A stretch of DNA of 64,000 nt from a virus. Its lineage: Duplodnaviria; Caudoviricetes. The position numbers and the translations under genes are program-made. The notes beneath the pieces were generated by a model that worked only from the letters and a program-made list of their open reading frames with translations, ran no database searches and was not told where the DNA came from. Numbering within the stretch: the stretch's first letter is position 1; every line of letters begins with the position of its first letter. This document shows positions 10,201 through 19,478 of this stretch, piece by piece. The stretch is taken from the IMG/VR virus record IMGVR_UViG_3300008267_000012; one strand, given 5' to 3'.

Positions 10201-13200
10201 ACCTATATTTACAACACTAAATGTTTCATCATCATTATTTTCGTAAGTAATACCACTTGTAAAAACATTTGGTCTATAATATTCATAAATATTAAATGCC
10301 CAATTTTTCCAAGGTTTTTCTCTATAAGCATAGGCTTTATACATAGGTCTGTGTTCGTTTTTGAAAAATACACCACCACCATCATATGCCCCTAATCCAT
10401 AATTATATGTTTTATCAAATCTTGGGTCAGCTAATGCAGGGTCACCTACTGTATATTGTTCTTTTGCTTTTTCAGAACTTCTTATTGGGAAATAAAATAA
10501 TGTATTATAACTTGACCAATTATCTACATAAGTTGCATATTGGAATGGAGTATAATTAAAAAAATCAGGGCTAAATCCTTGTGCAAAACGAGAACTTACA
10601 TATGCATTTCTGTGAAAAACTGGGTGTTCATTATTTGCCACTCTTCCTGAGTAAAATGGGTCTAATGATGTTGATAAGTTACCCATACTCCATCCTGTAT
10701 TACTAAAACGAGATGGTGACCAAGGTTTCATACCTCTATTATAATATCCTGCTGTATACGTTGATGCTTCATTAAAAGCATTGCCTTCACCTGTTGACCA
10801 AGGACCAATAAATTCCCAATTCTTCATTCCAAAGGCTCTATTACCATATAAATTTTTAGTATTTAAATTAAATTGGTCATATTTAATTCGTGAAGTACCA
10901 CCTTTTAATGTAAAAGCACCAACTGAAAAACCAAATGGTGTATATGGTGTAAATGAAGCACCACTAGATGGACTAATTTTTTCTATAAAACTAAGCCTTA
11001 CAGGTGTTTCTTTTCTAGGATATACTCTAATATATTTTATAGCAGTATTTGAAATACAACCACTAGTATCTGTTAGTCTTAAAGATATTGGATAAATTCG
11101 CATTAAACTATCCTGATTACTATTATTAGGTATAAATATTCTAGCCCTAGATTTATTTCTAGCCCTAGGAATACCTGCTAATCCTGTAATTGGAAAATTT
11201 CCGTTTGCATTGGTTAAAGAAGCACTATTAAAACTCCATACATAACCAGTACTATCAAATCTAGAACCGCCAGGTCTATCCAAAGCTTCATAGCGTGATT
11301 GGACTTTCATTTGTTTTCCATACCAATTATCAAGATTTGTAAAATTATCTGATTCGTTAATTTGTTCTTCTGTTGTTAGACTATTATTTTTTATAACCAT
11401 TAATCCTTCATTTACAACATTATTTTCAATACCAGGATAATCGGCAGCTAAAACATTATTTCTTGCAAATATTGTATCACCTGCAAATTGATATTCAATG
11501 GCAGGTGATAATATATTTCTTTTATGCCATAAACTAACAGTTGCGTATGGATTAGGTCTTCCTCTAATCAAACCATTACCTCTAACACAATTTGGGTCTG
11601 TTGTACAATTACAATTATTTATATTTGGTCCATGTCCACTAATTTCTTCGCCCATCAGATTTAATCTAATTAAATCACCTGTTTTTTTATCAAATCCTTT
11701 TGAAAATGATACTAAATCAACAGGACACATATTATCTATTAATTGTAAATTCCACATTGAATATCTTGCATCCCAGTTTTGCCAACCAATTTTTAAATCA
11801 CCCTTTTTATCCCAATCATCTTCATCATAATTATTGTCTCCTGATGAATTTGTAGATTGTATATGTTTTCTATATATATAAGGCCATTGATAACCTACAA
11901 CTGGTGGTACTAAATCTTCTCTACTCCAACCGAAAGATGAACCTTGTGTTACCATTGTTGCTGCAATATATACTGCTAAAACAACCCATGTAACTGTCAT
12001 TGTTGTACCATTATGCCATAAGTTTTTATCATCGTCATTACCAAACCAATGTGCATAACCATTCCACCACCAATTTTCACCATTACCTCTTACTGTATGT
12101 TTAGATGCAAATTTTATTCTAAGTGGAACAAAAATACCTGCTGTTATTAAGGCATTACCTAAATTACCCCATACTAAATCCATAATATCAGTAGGTTCTG
12201 ATACGCCAGTTGCAAAACTAGGATACAAATAAGTTTGATACCAATGTCTAAGCCATGACGTATTTCCAGGTACATTTTTTTCAGATGGCGCTCTTTCACT
12301 TATATGCGGTGTACCTTCAGGACCTGAATTAGGAGAATAAGTATAATTATCAGCATCATAATTATTATTTCTTGCTAATGGTGCTAAAATTGTATTTCTA
12401 TTTGTTGTTGTCGTAAAATATCTTGGACCTAATTTTATTGCAATGTGATGAACTAACATCCAAACATTCCATTTGTCAATATTATATGCAAGATGATTTG
12501 AATTTCCAAATTGACCTGTTGTACCATAAAGTTCTTGAACATCTTGATAATTCCATTGTAAAACAGTATCAGTAGCTATTTCATCACCATCATATATGAT
12601 TTTATGCATAGGATATTGTTTGTAATTTATAGCATCACCATTTTTCCAATCTCCATTATTTGTTAATACATCAAAATATTTTGTATTGACATTTTCTAAA
12701 TCATAGGTATAATACCACATATTACCTAACAATGGTATTATTCCAGTTCTATCAGGTATAGTTTCAAATTTTGTATTATTAGGTAACCCATATATTTTAG
12801 TAGGATAAGAAATATATGGATGTGATACACCAATTGATTGTAGATGTGCGCCAACCTCATCAAATCCATTTACTTTAATATTTTGATATGAAACAGGCAT
12901 TTTTTTAGACAAATCATAATAATATACAAATGGGTCAATATTACCGAATAAAGTAGAATTATAACTTGATGGATTTGGTAAATTTAAAACATTATCATCT
13001 GATATATCTTTAGGTGCTACAAGCATTGGTAAATAATTGTTATGATTAAATGTGCCTGGAGGTATATTATAATTTCCCCAACGCATGTTCATACTCCAAC
13101 CAGTAAAATTATTTCCATTCCAATCATTGCTTTCGTTTGCAAAATTTTGACCACTATATTTTATTATATTTGCTCTTGCATTTTCATTCCTAATGAATTC

Positions 13201-14727
13201 TTTCCAACTCATAGCAGGATTTTCATTTGTCGTTGCAGGTGTAATATCACCAATATAAAACCAAAAACCATCATAAAAATCACTTAAACTTTGACCATAT
13301 GTTGGTCCATAAAGTCCAGGACCAATTTGTTGTCTTATTCTTATAAAAGGTGTTGTTGAAAAATAATTAGCATTTGTTAGTTTTTCAAATGTTTTACCAG
13401 TCCATCTATCATTATATAATGTAAAAGCAGTATCATTGTCAGCGACTGATTTTATATAATCATTAAAAACATCAAAAAGTCCATGTAAACCCCAACGTAC
13501 ACCTGATGTATTTGTTCTACCACATGACCAAAGATTTATATTACTATAATTACCACCATTATAAAAGTCATTATCATCTTTTGGTATATCTTTAAAAGCA
13601 CCATCATCCGCTTCACTATATGGTGATTGCCAACCTTTCCATTCTCTATTACCTCGTAAATATTGATTTTTAAAATGTTTAATATCATAAACCACTTCAC
13701 TAGTGGCATTATCTAAAGCACCTTGTTCGGGTGTAAAATCTTTTTGATAAGTTTCTAAAGGTTCTGTTTCAACAACTATTTTACCTAATTGAACATTAAT
13801 TCCTTCATTTTTAAAAATATTTACTACTTGTGTAAAATAATTTGTTAATTTTTGTGTAACTTGAGTTACCGCTGTTTGATTATAACTCTTTTTAATAGAA
13901 CCTTCTTTTAATGTTAATTTTCCATTTTCAATAATAAATGTTGGTGTTTGCCATTTTAAATACATTTCATAACTTATCATGTAATTTACTAAAATTACTT
14001 GACATCTAGTATATACTAAAGGTTCACAATCATGATTACTTGGTGGTGGGGCTGGGGCAGGTGCTAATAATTCATCATTTTTAAATTGTTTAAAAGTTTG
14101 TTGACTTTCTTTTTCGTTTTTAATATCAAAATCTTTTACTTCTTTCATTGCCGATATATCAGATTTTGTAAGTATTTTTTCATTTTTAATTTTATCAATC
14201 TTTGAAATAATATCTTTTATATTTTTAAAATCTTCTGTGCTTTTATCATTTATCTGATTTTTTGATATGTGTGTAATTTTAGTATTAAATTCTTTTTCTA
14301 TTTTAATTTCTTCACCATTAACTCGTAAATTAATATAAACATTATTTGGATATATTGTCATTGTACCCATATTAATATTATTAAAATCATTTATATTATA
14401 TGAAAGACCATTATATAATTTTGTGGTAAAAAAATGTCCACTAGTTGTATAAGTCATTCCAAGATTATCTTCTCCACGAATATCTAATCTTTCTAACTCA
14501 AACTTTTCGGTAGTGTTTAAATATGGAATTTCCATTTCAACAATAGCATTTTTAGGTTCTGAGCTAAAAATCTCCATTAAATTATCTTTATTAACAGTAA
14601 AATGTTTTTCAGGTGATTTCCTTTCAACAATTTTATAAGGTTTTCCTAATGAATTATTTATTGCACCTAAAGATTTGAATATTAATGTATTCAATAAAAT
14701 TAGTGAGAAAAGTAATATTTTTTTCAT
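7252..14727 (-). CDS. 2491-aa secreted, insertion-expanded paralogue of the M12B protease with a degenerate zinc motif
   Basis: Signal peptide; collinear motifs with the 1149-aa protein; HExxH position reads HHIAI; shared C-terminal domain. Confidence 0.75.
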   Translation of the reverse strand: MKKILLFSLILLNTLIFKSLGAINNSLGKPYKIVERKSPEKHFTVNKDNLMEIFSSEPKNAIVEMEIPYLNTTEKFELERLDIRGEDNLGMTYTTSGHFFTTKLYNGLSYNINDFNNINMGTMTIYPNNVYINLRVNGEEIKIEKEFNTKITHISKNQINDKSTEDFKNIKDIISKIDKIKNEKILTKSDISAMKEVKDFDIKNEKESQQTFKQFKNDELLAPAPAPPPSNHDCEPLVYTRCQVILVNYMISYEMYLKWQTPTFIIENGKLTLKEGSIKKSYNQTAVTQVTQKLTNYFTQVVNIFKNEGINVQLGKIVVETEPLETYQKDFTPEQGALDNATSEVVYDIKHFKNQYLRGNREWKGWQSPYSEADDGAFKDIPKDDNDFYNGGNYSNINLWSCGRTNTSGVRWGLHGLFDVFNDYIKSVADNDTAFTLYNDRWTGKTFEKLTNANYFSTTPFIRIRQQIGPGLYGPTYGQSLSDFYDGFWFYIGDITPATTNENPAMSWKEFIRNENARANIIKYSGQNFANESNDWNGNNFTGWSMNMRWGNYNIPPGTFNHNNYLPMLVAPKDISDDNVLNLPNPSSYNSTLFGNIDPFVYYYDLSKKMPVSYQNIKVNGFDEVGAHLQSIGVSHPYISYPTKIYGLPNNTKFETIPDRTGIIPLLGNMWYYTYDLENVNTKYFDVLTNNGDWKNGDAINYKQYPMHKIIYDGDEIATDTVLQWNYQDVQELYGTTGQFGNSNHLAYNIDKWNVWMLVHHIAIKLGPRYFTTTTNRNTILAPLARNNNYDADNYTYSPNSGPEGTPHISERAPSEKNVPGNTSWLRHWYQTYLYPSFATGVSEPTDIMDLVWGNLGNALITAGIFVPLRIKFASKHTVRGNGENWWWNGYAHWFGNDDDKNLWHNGTTMTVTWVVLAVYIAATMVTQGSSFGWSREDLVPPVVGYQWPYIYRKHIQSTNSSGDNNYDEDDWDKKGDLKIGWQNWDARYSMWNLQLIDNMCPVDLVSFSKGFDKKTGDLIRLNLMGEEISGHGPNINNCNCTTDPNCVRGNGLIRGRPNPYATVSLWHKRNILSPAIEYQFAGDTIFARNNVLAADYPGIENNVVNEGLMVIKNNSLTTEEQINESDNFTNLDNWYGKQMKVQSRYEALDRPGGSRFDSTGYVWSFNSASLTNANGNFPITGLAGIPRARNKSRARIFIPNNSNQDSLMRIYPISLRLTDTSGCISNTAIKYIRVYPRKETPVRLSFIEKISPSSGASFTPYTPFGFSVGAFTLKGGTSRIKYDQFNLNTKNLYGNRAFGMKNWEFIGPWSTGEGNAFNEASTYTAGYYNRGMKPWSPSRFSNTGWSMGNLSTSLDPFYSGRVANNEHPVFHRNAYVSSRFAQGFSPDFFNYTPFQYATYVDNWSSYNTLFYFPIRSSEKAKEQYTVGDPALADPRFDKTYNYGLGAYDGGGVFFKNEHRPMYKAYAYREKPWKNWAFNIYEYYRPNVFTSGITYENNDDETFSVVNIGGGRLPSNAKSPIKYFYGRDRLFATNKIIDLGARSTYGYNETWQNDASNTWLGQGPEAWAHSSSWFHERDYIWINRTRANRVFPGIFSEGSEWYRLRPIIQTPPFNINWYDPITRIDKTYDFWTLSYLWGTNDVQFDNEQAIRDDYWGETRKRNYKATDYLNNEFGNLKSLPDWASLTNFRKGTSDTARSPLYFNDDNQNNYLRFKLSYSYFTVPDTGIVYYYAPTGAQSMRWSANIRAGQNFGADKIEIWARGVTENGTLRRSLVFEGNLKDMSSYKNKTHFKFHRFGDPAEQFEGTGSGNYTLTNNGELTPGYFNTQRLIRPGYVLNHYFNSPIEFDSVPMPIGTVAWFPGYTKNVYTGEIEPIKIYHKPMAEYLRSPINNRYYKNTVDWSDIKLDIRNFDDCRSLQFDIVYKNISSSLYASSLVLGSMEILSGRNIPLELCEGGDPTLEITNAVNDTIPLNPNVDPEDRVGNWKLTSPIPNNVYRYTINLIRPDNTRQLLKTGITEQTYSIDDNEIKKADGTFVGPILAEGSFQTTPGNQYNLEAVLENLNTANINGNIFNETEPQTITTSVTTYQKRLPKRKPIFFPDSAFNFDGNLSLKTTFFAKSNIQNFVLQKGTIVTTPTGESDTTWQNVGQTLTYTNCTPAMPTNVKFYNYNVTCSYNFNLTNIPDGLHLYRLRYSSILDNPTVEFTEPTSVAICRTCTVPLGVIKLYVRNSDSLTPNGQIPQLSDVSDFNYGNYNLYIEVNSPKPDELNNIDFVDVYEKNQSNTSNPFVFKKRVQITQQYNCFLQVDSIKDKKPNPGAYSYILRAYSAANNVSYPLQNSNFVQVKLNPRPCIPLNNFNIEPFTDILNFDLLSSCPLTKYRVLLYKLENSTSTSVDSNGNEVATTIYANNEYLEDFYVKKLTVNPTPIARFQNDEIPDGTIRFTQQERLNKMFSRLTPKPTTLNNWYRIDVICTACPSGSTSQNIKSIYYYFNE

Positions 14728-14740
14728 GTTTTTTTATTTT

Positions 14741-14747
14741 TAAATAG
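14741..14747 (-). promoter_or_regulatory. CTATTTA putative phage late promoter (one of 14 copies seen)
   Basis: Copies at 14741, 17139, 17949, 19012, 22986, 26694, 29834, 30712, 33121, 39394, 51168 (minus) and 23005, 24326, 57048 (plus), each 6-19 nt upstream of a start codon on the coding strand. Confidence 0.7.
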
Positions 14748-14749
14748 GT

Positions 14750-16006
14750 TTAATTTGTTACATATGTATAAATTGTTCTGATATTTGTTGGACTATTACA
14801 TCCTGCACATACGATGTCTATTCTATACCAACAGTTACCATATGTTAACTTAGGAGTTGCTTTTCTCCTAAAAAATCCTTGACTTACTTCAGTTTGTGTT
14901 AGTAAAATTCTTGTGCTTGTTGTTGTTTCAATTTCTGCATTTTTATATTGAACCTTTGCTAACGGTAGCGTTCCAACTTGTACTTGTGACAATGAAGGAT
15001 TTGATGCAAGTAATCCATTACCATCAATACATCTATAAAATCTTGCTTCCCAACCTGTTCTTGGACAGGATGTTAAGGTGTTAAATCTATATTCAAAATT
15101 TGCTTTTGTACTATTAATTACACTAAGTGCTGTTGTTGAGCATTGTTTTGCTGCAAATCTTACAGTTAATAAATCACTAAAATGTGTATTACAACTATCA
15201 TATACTTCAACTGATTTAATTTTATAATATTTTATACCTGTTTGAGGTACAGTTACGGTTGGTCTTGCCCATAATTTATCATTTCCAAAGTTACCCATAG
15301 GACCAGGGGCAGTAAATATATTATTTTGGAAATAATTAAAAGTAGTAAAAGGATATAATAATTGACCACTTGAAGTGCATTCCCATAATTCATACCTTCC
15401 AACATTATTTAATGATGATGCATATATTTGACCACTAGGTGGTGTAGGATTAAACCAATATGTAGAATTTGGTTTCCATTCACTATGAATATTAATTCTT
15501 GCTACTTTATCATAATTTACAGCACTATCAGCAGTTATTTTCATTGGTAACATAAATGTAGAATTATGTGATAATCCCAAAATATTATTTTCTGGTCCTT
15601 GCGGTGTAATTGCGTATTTATGATTTTGAAGTGTATCAACTACTAAAAAATAATAATATAATTTTACACTATGTAATTGATTAGTTCTATTAATTATAAC
15701 TGTGTCTGCTGATGTTGTAGATGGTAAGATACCATATATGGGATAATCATAAAATAATGTATCATTTATATTACCATCAGTACATAATTTAGTACCAATT
15801 AATACAATGTAGTAATATTTAAAACCGTGATTTTCTTTAAATATTGCTTTTAATTGATGCGTTCTATCTTTATTTGATGTTGAATCAACTGTAAAAATTA
15901 CATCTTCTGTAACATAAAATGGGTCAATTGTAGGAACTGCTTGTTGTGCAAATATTTTTACTGAAGTAAGTAAAAGTATTAGAAGTGTGTAAAGTATTTT
16001 TTTCAT
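14750..16006 (-). CDS. Secreted protein of the 4-Cys C-terminal domain family
   Basis: MKKILYTLLILLLTSVKIFA|Q; VDSTSNKD and ADSAVNYD repeats; WYRIDIVCAGC. Confidence 0.8.
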   Translation of the reverse strand: MKKILYTLLILLLTSVKIFAQQAVPTIDPFYVTEDVIFTVDSTSNKDRTHQLKAIFKENHGFKYYYIVLIGTKLCTDGNINDTLFYDYPIYGILPSTTSADTVIINRTNQLHSVKLYYYFLVVDTLQNHKYAITPQGPENNILGLSHNSTFMLPMKITADSAVNYDKVARINIHSEWKPNSTYWFNPTPPSGQIYASSLNNVGRYELWECTSSGQLLYPFTTFNYFQNNIFTAPGPMGNFGNDKLWARPTVTVPQTGIKYYKIKSVEVYDSCNTHFSDLLTVRFAAKQCSTTALSVINSTKANFEYRFNTLTSCPRTGWEARFYRCIDGNGLLASNPSLSQVQVGTLPLAKVQYKNAEIETTTSTRILLTQTEVSQGFFRRKATPKLTYGNCWYRIDIVCAGCNSPTNIRTIYTYVTN

Positions 16007-16010
16007 AATT

Positions 16011-17129
16011 TTAAAGGTATATATAAACGTATTTACTTATTAATTTATTAGGATATGGGCAAGTTGCACAAACGATATCTATTCTGTACCATCCATAATT
16101 TATTATTTTTGGTGATGCATCTCTTTCAAAATATCCTTGAATTATTTCTTGTTGTGTTAATGTTATCCTAGAACTTGTTAAAGTCTCAATATCTGTAACA
16201 TTCTTATATTGAACATTAGCGGTTTTTAAATTTGGTAAAATTGATTGAGATAAGTTTAAATTTTGAGCATCGTAATTATCTGTATCTAATAATCTATAAA
16301 ATCTTGCTTCATATGCTCTTGTCTGATTAGGACAATTTGAATTTAGAGTAAATCTATATCTAAATTTTGTTGTTTGGTCATTTAAAATACTTAAATTACT
16401 TGGGGCGCAAGATGGAACAACAGGTGGTGGATTAAATGTTACCGTAGTTACATTACTTAGAGCAAATTCACAAGTATCAAGCGTTGGAAATAAAAATGCT
16501 CTTCTTCTTAAAAATGCTCTGTAATAGTATGTTCCTGGTGGTTTTGTTATATTAAAATCAACTGTAGTTGGTGGATTCGTAGTGTATGTTGGTGTTTGTA
16601 ATATATTTGTAAAGGTTGAACTAGTTGCAGAGGTATATTCTCTTATAACTATTCTACCAACATTACTAACGGTTGGTAAGGTAACTCTTAATCTAGCTGT
16701 ATTATTATTATTTATAACAGTATCAACAGATAAAAAACTATTATTTAAAGTTTTTATTGGTTTATTATTTTGTTTTGTTATAATTTGTATTTGGTTTGCT
16801 GCATTATTTGTAGCAACTGCTATGTACAAATAAATACCATTACCAATTGTTGGCATAACATAAGAAAATGTGTCTGCTGATGTTGTGTTTACTGTTGGTT
16901 GTTGTAATAAATTATAACCTTGTTGTTGGTATGTACAAAGATTTGCATATTGTCCAATAATATTAAAAGATGTAATTCCATGATTTGGTTTTAAAATAAT
17001 CTTTATGGTATGTATTGTATCATAATTGATTGATGAATCTACCTGTATTGCCCAAGAAGAATTTGATGATTGGCTAAATCCTAAGAATGGAAAAAGGGTT
17101 AGGGTTAAAAATATTAAAAATTTTTTCAT
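16011..17129 (-). CDS. Secreted protein of the 4-Cys C-terminal domain family
   Basis: MKKFLIFLTLTLFPFLGFS|Q; VDSSINYD repeat; WYRIDIVCATC. Confidence 0.8.
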   Translation of the reverse strand: MKKFLIFLTLTLFPFLGFSQSSNSSWAIQVDSSINYDTIHTIKIILKPNHGITSFNIIGQYANLCTYQQQGYNLLQQPTVNTTSADTFSYVMPTIGNGIYLYIAVATNNAANQIQIITKQNNKPIKTLNNSFLSVDTVINNNNTARLRVTLPTVSNVGRIVIREYTSATSSTFTNILQTPTYTTNPPTTVDFNITKPPGTYYYRAFLRRRAFLFPTLDTCEFALSNVTTVTFNPPPVVPSCAPSNLSILNDQTTKFRYRFTLNSNCPNQTRAYEARFYRLLDTDNYDAQNLNLSQSILPNLKTANVQYKNVTDIETLTSSRITLTQQEIIQGYFERDASPKIINYGWYRIDIVCATCPYPNKLISKYVYIYL

Positions 17130-17157
17130 GTTTTTCTTTAAATAGGAAAAAAACCAC

Positions 17158-17165
17158 TATATTTG
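17158..17165 (+). promoter_or_regulatory. Bacteroidota-type TAnnTTTG -7 element
   Basis: TATATTTG 20 nt upstream of ATG 17186. Confidence 0.5.
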
Positions 17166-17185
17166 TAAAACAATTTGTAATTATT

Positions 17186-17377
17186 ATGACAAAAAATCAA
17201 ATCTATGGACTAGTGGCGGTGGTAGTGCTTGCGCTAGGTGGTGGTGGTTATTATTTTATGACCCCACAAAAAGAATGTTGCAAAAAAGAAGCTACATGTA
17301 ATGCAATGACAGATAGTTCTGCAACTGTTAGCGATTCTGCAAAAGTAGATACCGCAGCAGTAAAAACTACAAATTAA
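17186..17377 (+). CDS. Small single-pass membrane protein
   Basis: Likely start MTKNQIYGLVAVVVLALGGGGYYF; Cys-containing tail; followed by a terminator. Confidence 0.65.
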   Translation: MTKNQIYGLVAVVVLALGGGGYYFMTPQKECCKKEATCNAMTDSSATVSDSAKVDTAAVKTTN

Positions 17378-17400
17378 TCTAACTGAGAACTAGGTTATTT

Positions 17401-17429
17401 AACCCTTGAGAAATCAAGGGTTTTTTTAT
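17401..17429 (+). terminator. Rho-independent terminator
   Basis: AACCCTTGA-GAAA-TCAAGGGTT hairpin followed by a T-tract, between convergent genes. Confidence 0.85.
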
Positions 17430-17942
17430 TTAATTAAGACAGATATTATCTTCTGCTGTTAAGAGTTCAACTCTAAATTTTGAAACCATTTCCCCTTTAA
17501 GGAAAATATTATAATTTTTAAAGAAATGTTTCATTTTCATTTGACCATTATGTTCATTCATTATTGATAATGAGTAATCTTTAATTTCCTCTAATATTTT
17601 ATAATCAAAATCAAATAAGTCAAACTCTTTTGTTAGTTTAAAAAAATCATCATCCTCATTTGAGGAGAATAGAATTTCACTTATTAAGTTTTCCGATAAT
17701 CTTGGGTTTATATCAATTTGTTCTGAGAATTGCCAAATCTCATGAAAAACATTTATTATAAACTGTTTATCAATAATATAATCATTATTTTCTAATGCTT
17801 CAAGATATTTATTATCAATATCATCTTCTTCTGATACTTTTGAATAGAATTCACCATAGAGAAATGATTCAAACAAATGATATGTGTTTAAATTTCTATG
17901 GTATTTTCTTCTTATATAAATACTTTGTTCCATATGGACCAT
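17430..17942 (-). CDS. Hypothetical protein
   Basis: Acidic 170-aa ORF preceded by the CTATTTA motif. Confidence 0.65.
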   Translation of the reverse strand: MVHMEQSIYIRRKYHRNLNTYHLFESFLYGEFYSKVSEEDDIDNKYLEALENNDYIIDKQFIINVFHEIWQFSEQIDINPRLSENLISEILFSSNEDDDFFKLTKEFDLFDFDYKILEEIKDYSLSIMNEHNGQMKMKHFFKNYNIFLKGEMVSKFRVELLTAEDNICLN

Positions 17943-17964
17943 TTTATTTAAATAGAAAAATAAA

Positions 17965-18471
17965 TTAAACTATTCTTGTATGGAGTGCGTTTATAGCCAC
18001 TAATTTATTATCCTTAACTGAGGATAATATTAAATCCTGAACCAATCCTAGATTTTCATTTAATTGTAATGTACCATTATATTCAATATCATAAACCATT
18101 AGTTGACCAAAATTATCTTTTTCTTCATCTGATAAATAACAAAGAGGTTCAACTTGTTCGTATTCATTATCAGATAATTTATTTACATATGATGCTGAAG
18201 TAAAATCCCAAATGGTGACAAAATCGCCTTCATTTTTTTTATCAACATCTAACATCTTTTCATAGTTTTCCAATTTCTCCATAAAAAATTTTTGTGCTGA
18301 AATTGAATGCATGATTTGTCCTATTTTTGCTTTTTTTTCTTCTTCAACAAATTCCTTTAATGTTTCAAGGAATTTTTCCTTTGGAATTCTTTTCACAAAA
18401 ATAGAAATTAATTGCTCTGTGTCCAAGAACAAGAGAAAAAAGTTTTTAAAGAAATTTTTAATGTATCTCAT
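17965..18471 (-). CDS. Hypothetical protein
   Basis: 168-aa ORF in operon-like tiling. Confidence 0.65.
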   Translation of the reverse strand: MRYIKNFFKNFFLLFLDTEQLISIFVKRIPKEKFLETLKEFVEEEKKAKIGQIMHSISAQKFFMEKLENYEKMLDVDKKNEGDFVTIWDFTSASYVNKLSDNEYEQVEPLCYLSDEEKDNFGQLMVYDIEYNGTLQLNENLGLVQDLILSSVKDNKLVAINALHTRIV

Positions 18472-18477
18472 ATAATA

Positions 18478-18783
18478 TTACAAATATAATTTAAATGATT
18501 TTATTATTTTAAAATTTTCATCCATCTTTCTACAAGATTCAGGAAATTTTATCACATCCTCTTCAGATAATTCAAACCATTCTCCATTAACTTTCAAAAA
18601 GTTATACTTATTGTGTAAAGCATTTTCAACCTGATTTGAATTTTCACAAATAATTTTATGAATTATTTTTAGAATTCTATCGTTACCTGTCTGTAATGTT
18701 TTTAATCTTTTTTCGGGATTATTGGATATGCCTATTTTATAAGTGTAATTATTAATATCAGATATCAAGTAGACATATTTCAT
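18478..18783 (-). CDS. T5orf172/MUG113 GIY-YIG-like nuclease domain protein
   Basis: YVYLI...YKIGISNNPEKRLKTLQTGN...ENALHNKY...NGEWFEL. Confidence 0.85.
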   Translation of the reverse strand: MKYVYLISDINNYTYKIGISNNPEKRLKTLQTGNDRILKIIHKIICENSNQVENALHNKYNFLKVNGEWFELSEEDVIKFPESCRKMDENFKIIKSFKLYL

Positions 18784-18803
18784 AATCCACTTAAAATACG
18801 CTA

Positions 18804-18992
18804 TTAAAAATAATCTTCGTTAAATTCTGTTGGTGTTTGGTTGGGGTTTTTAGATGCATTAAATTCATCCCTTCTTGCAAGTTCTTCCTTTAATTCCTTA
18901 ATAAAAGAATTAATAGCACTCCTTGACAAGTTCTTTGCAACGTATTTAAAGTTCATAGAAACCATCTTCCTCTTTGTCTTAAAATCTTCCAT
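18804..18992 (-). CDS. Small hypothetical protein
   Basis: 62-aa ORF preceded by CTATTTA at 19012-19018. Confidence 0.55.
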   Translation of the reverse strand: MEDFKTKRKMVSMNFKYVAKNLSRSAINSFIKELKEELARRDEFNASKNPNQTPTEFNEDYF

Positions 18993-19034
18993 ATATATTA
19001 ATATTTATATTTAAATAGAAGATTTATAACATAT

Positions 19035-19478
19035 TCAATAGTTTTTAACCAATTTTTCCTTCTTATCAAGCATTAATCTAGCACAATGCTTTTTATTTCT
19101 TGTATGTACTCTAAATTTTACATCATCACCATCTTTAAACAGCTCTTTCAATACATATTCCGCATTACAATTTGGATTAACTAACTTAATAGTTTTACAA
19201 GCATCTTCCATATTAATTTCAATTGATTTTGGGTTTTTACTATACTTATCTTTAAGTGTTAAAAATATTGATGTAGCAAACTCATCCATTCTCATTAATT
19301 TCTTATCAACACGCATTTTATCAAATGGGTTGTAGATAATTATCCATTTGTCATCTTGAATAGATAATTTACCCCACATTGGATTATAAGTTTGTCTTCC
19401 AAAATAATTATCCTCATTTTGGTCTTTTACTTTAGATGCTTGGTCTAATAATTTATCAAATTCACTATTATTTTCCAT
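19035..19478 (-). CDS. Hypothetical protein
   Basis: 147-aa ORF overlapping the helicase stop. Confidence 0.65.
   Translation of the reverse strand: MENNSEFDKLLDQASKVKDQNEDNYFGRQTYNPMWGKLSIQDDKWIIIYNPFDKMRVDKKLMRMDEFATSIFLTLKDKYSKNPKSIEINMEDACKTIKLVNPNCNAEYVLKELFKDGDDVKFRVHTRNKKHCARLMLDKKEKLVKNY

Noticed and set aside
1370-17129. Type IX secretion C-terminal sorting domain on the secreted family
   Set aside because: No YPNP/G.Y...K.IK pattern at the C-termini; the YPNW motif is internal; the tail is a different Cys-containing domain
17087-17185. Longer N-terminus of the small membrane protein
   Set aside because: It overlaps the start and promoter of the divergent gene; ATG 17186 follows a TAnnTTTG element and begins directly with the TM segment
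17186-17377. Holin or spanin call for the small membrane protein
   Set aside because: It has a single TM segment and no lipobox, and is not linked to the endolysin, so support is insufficient
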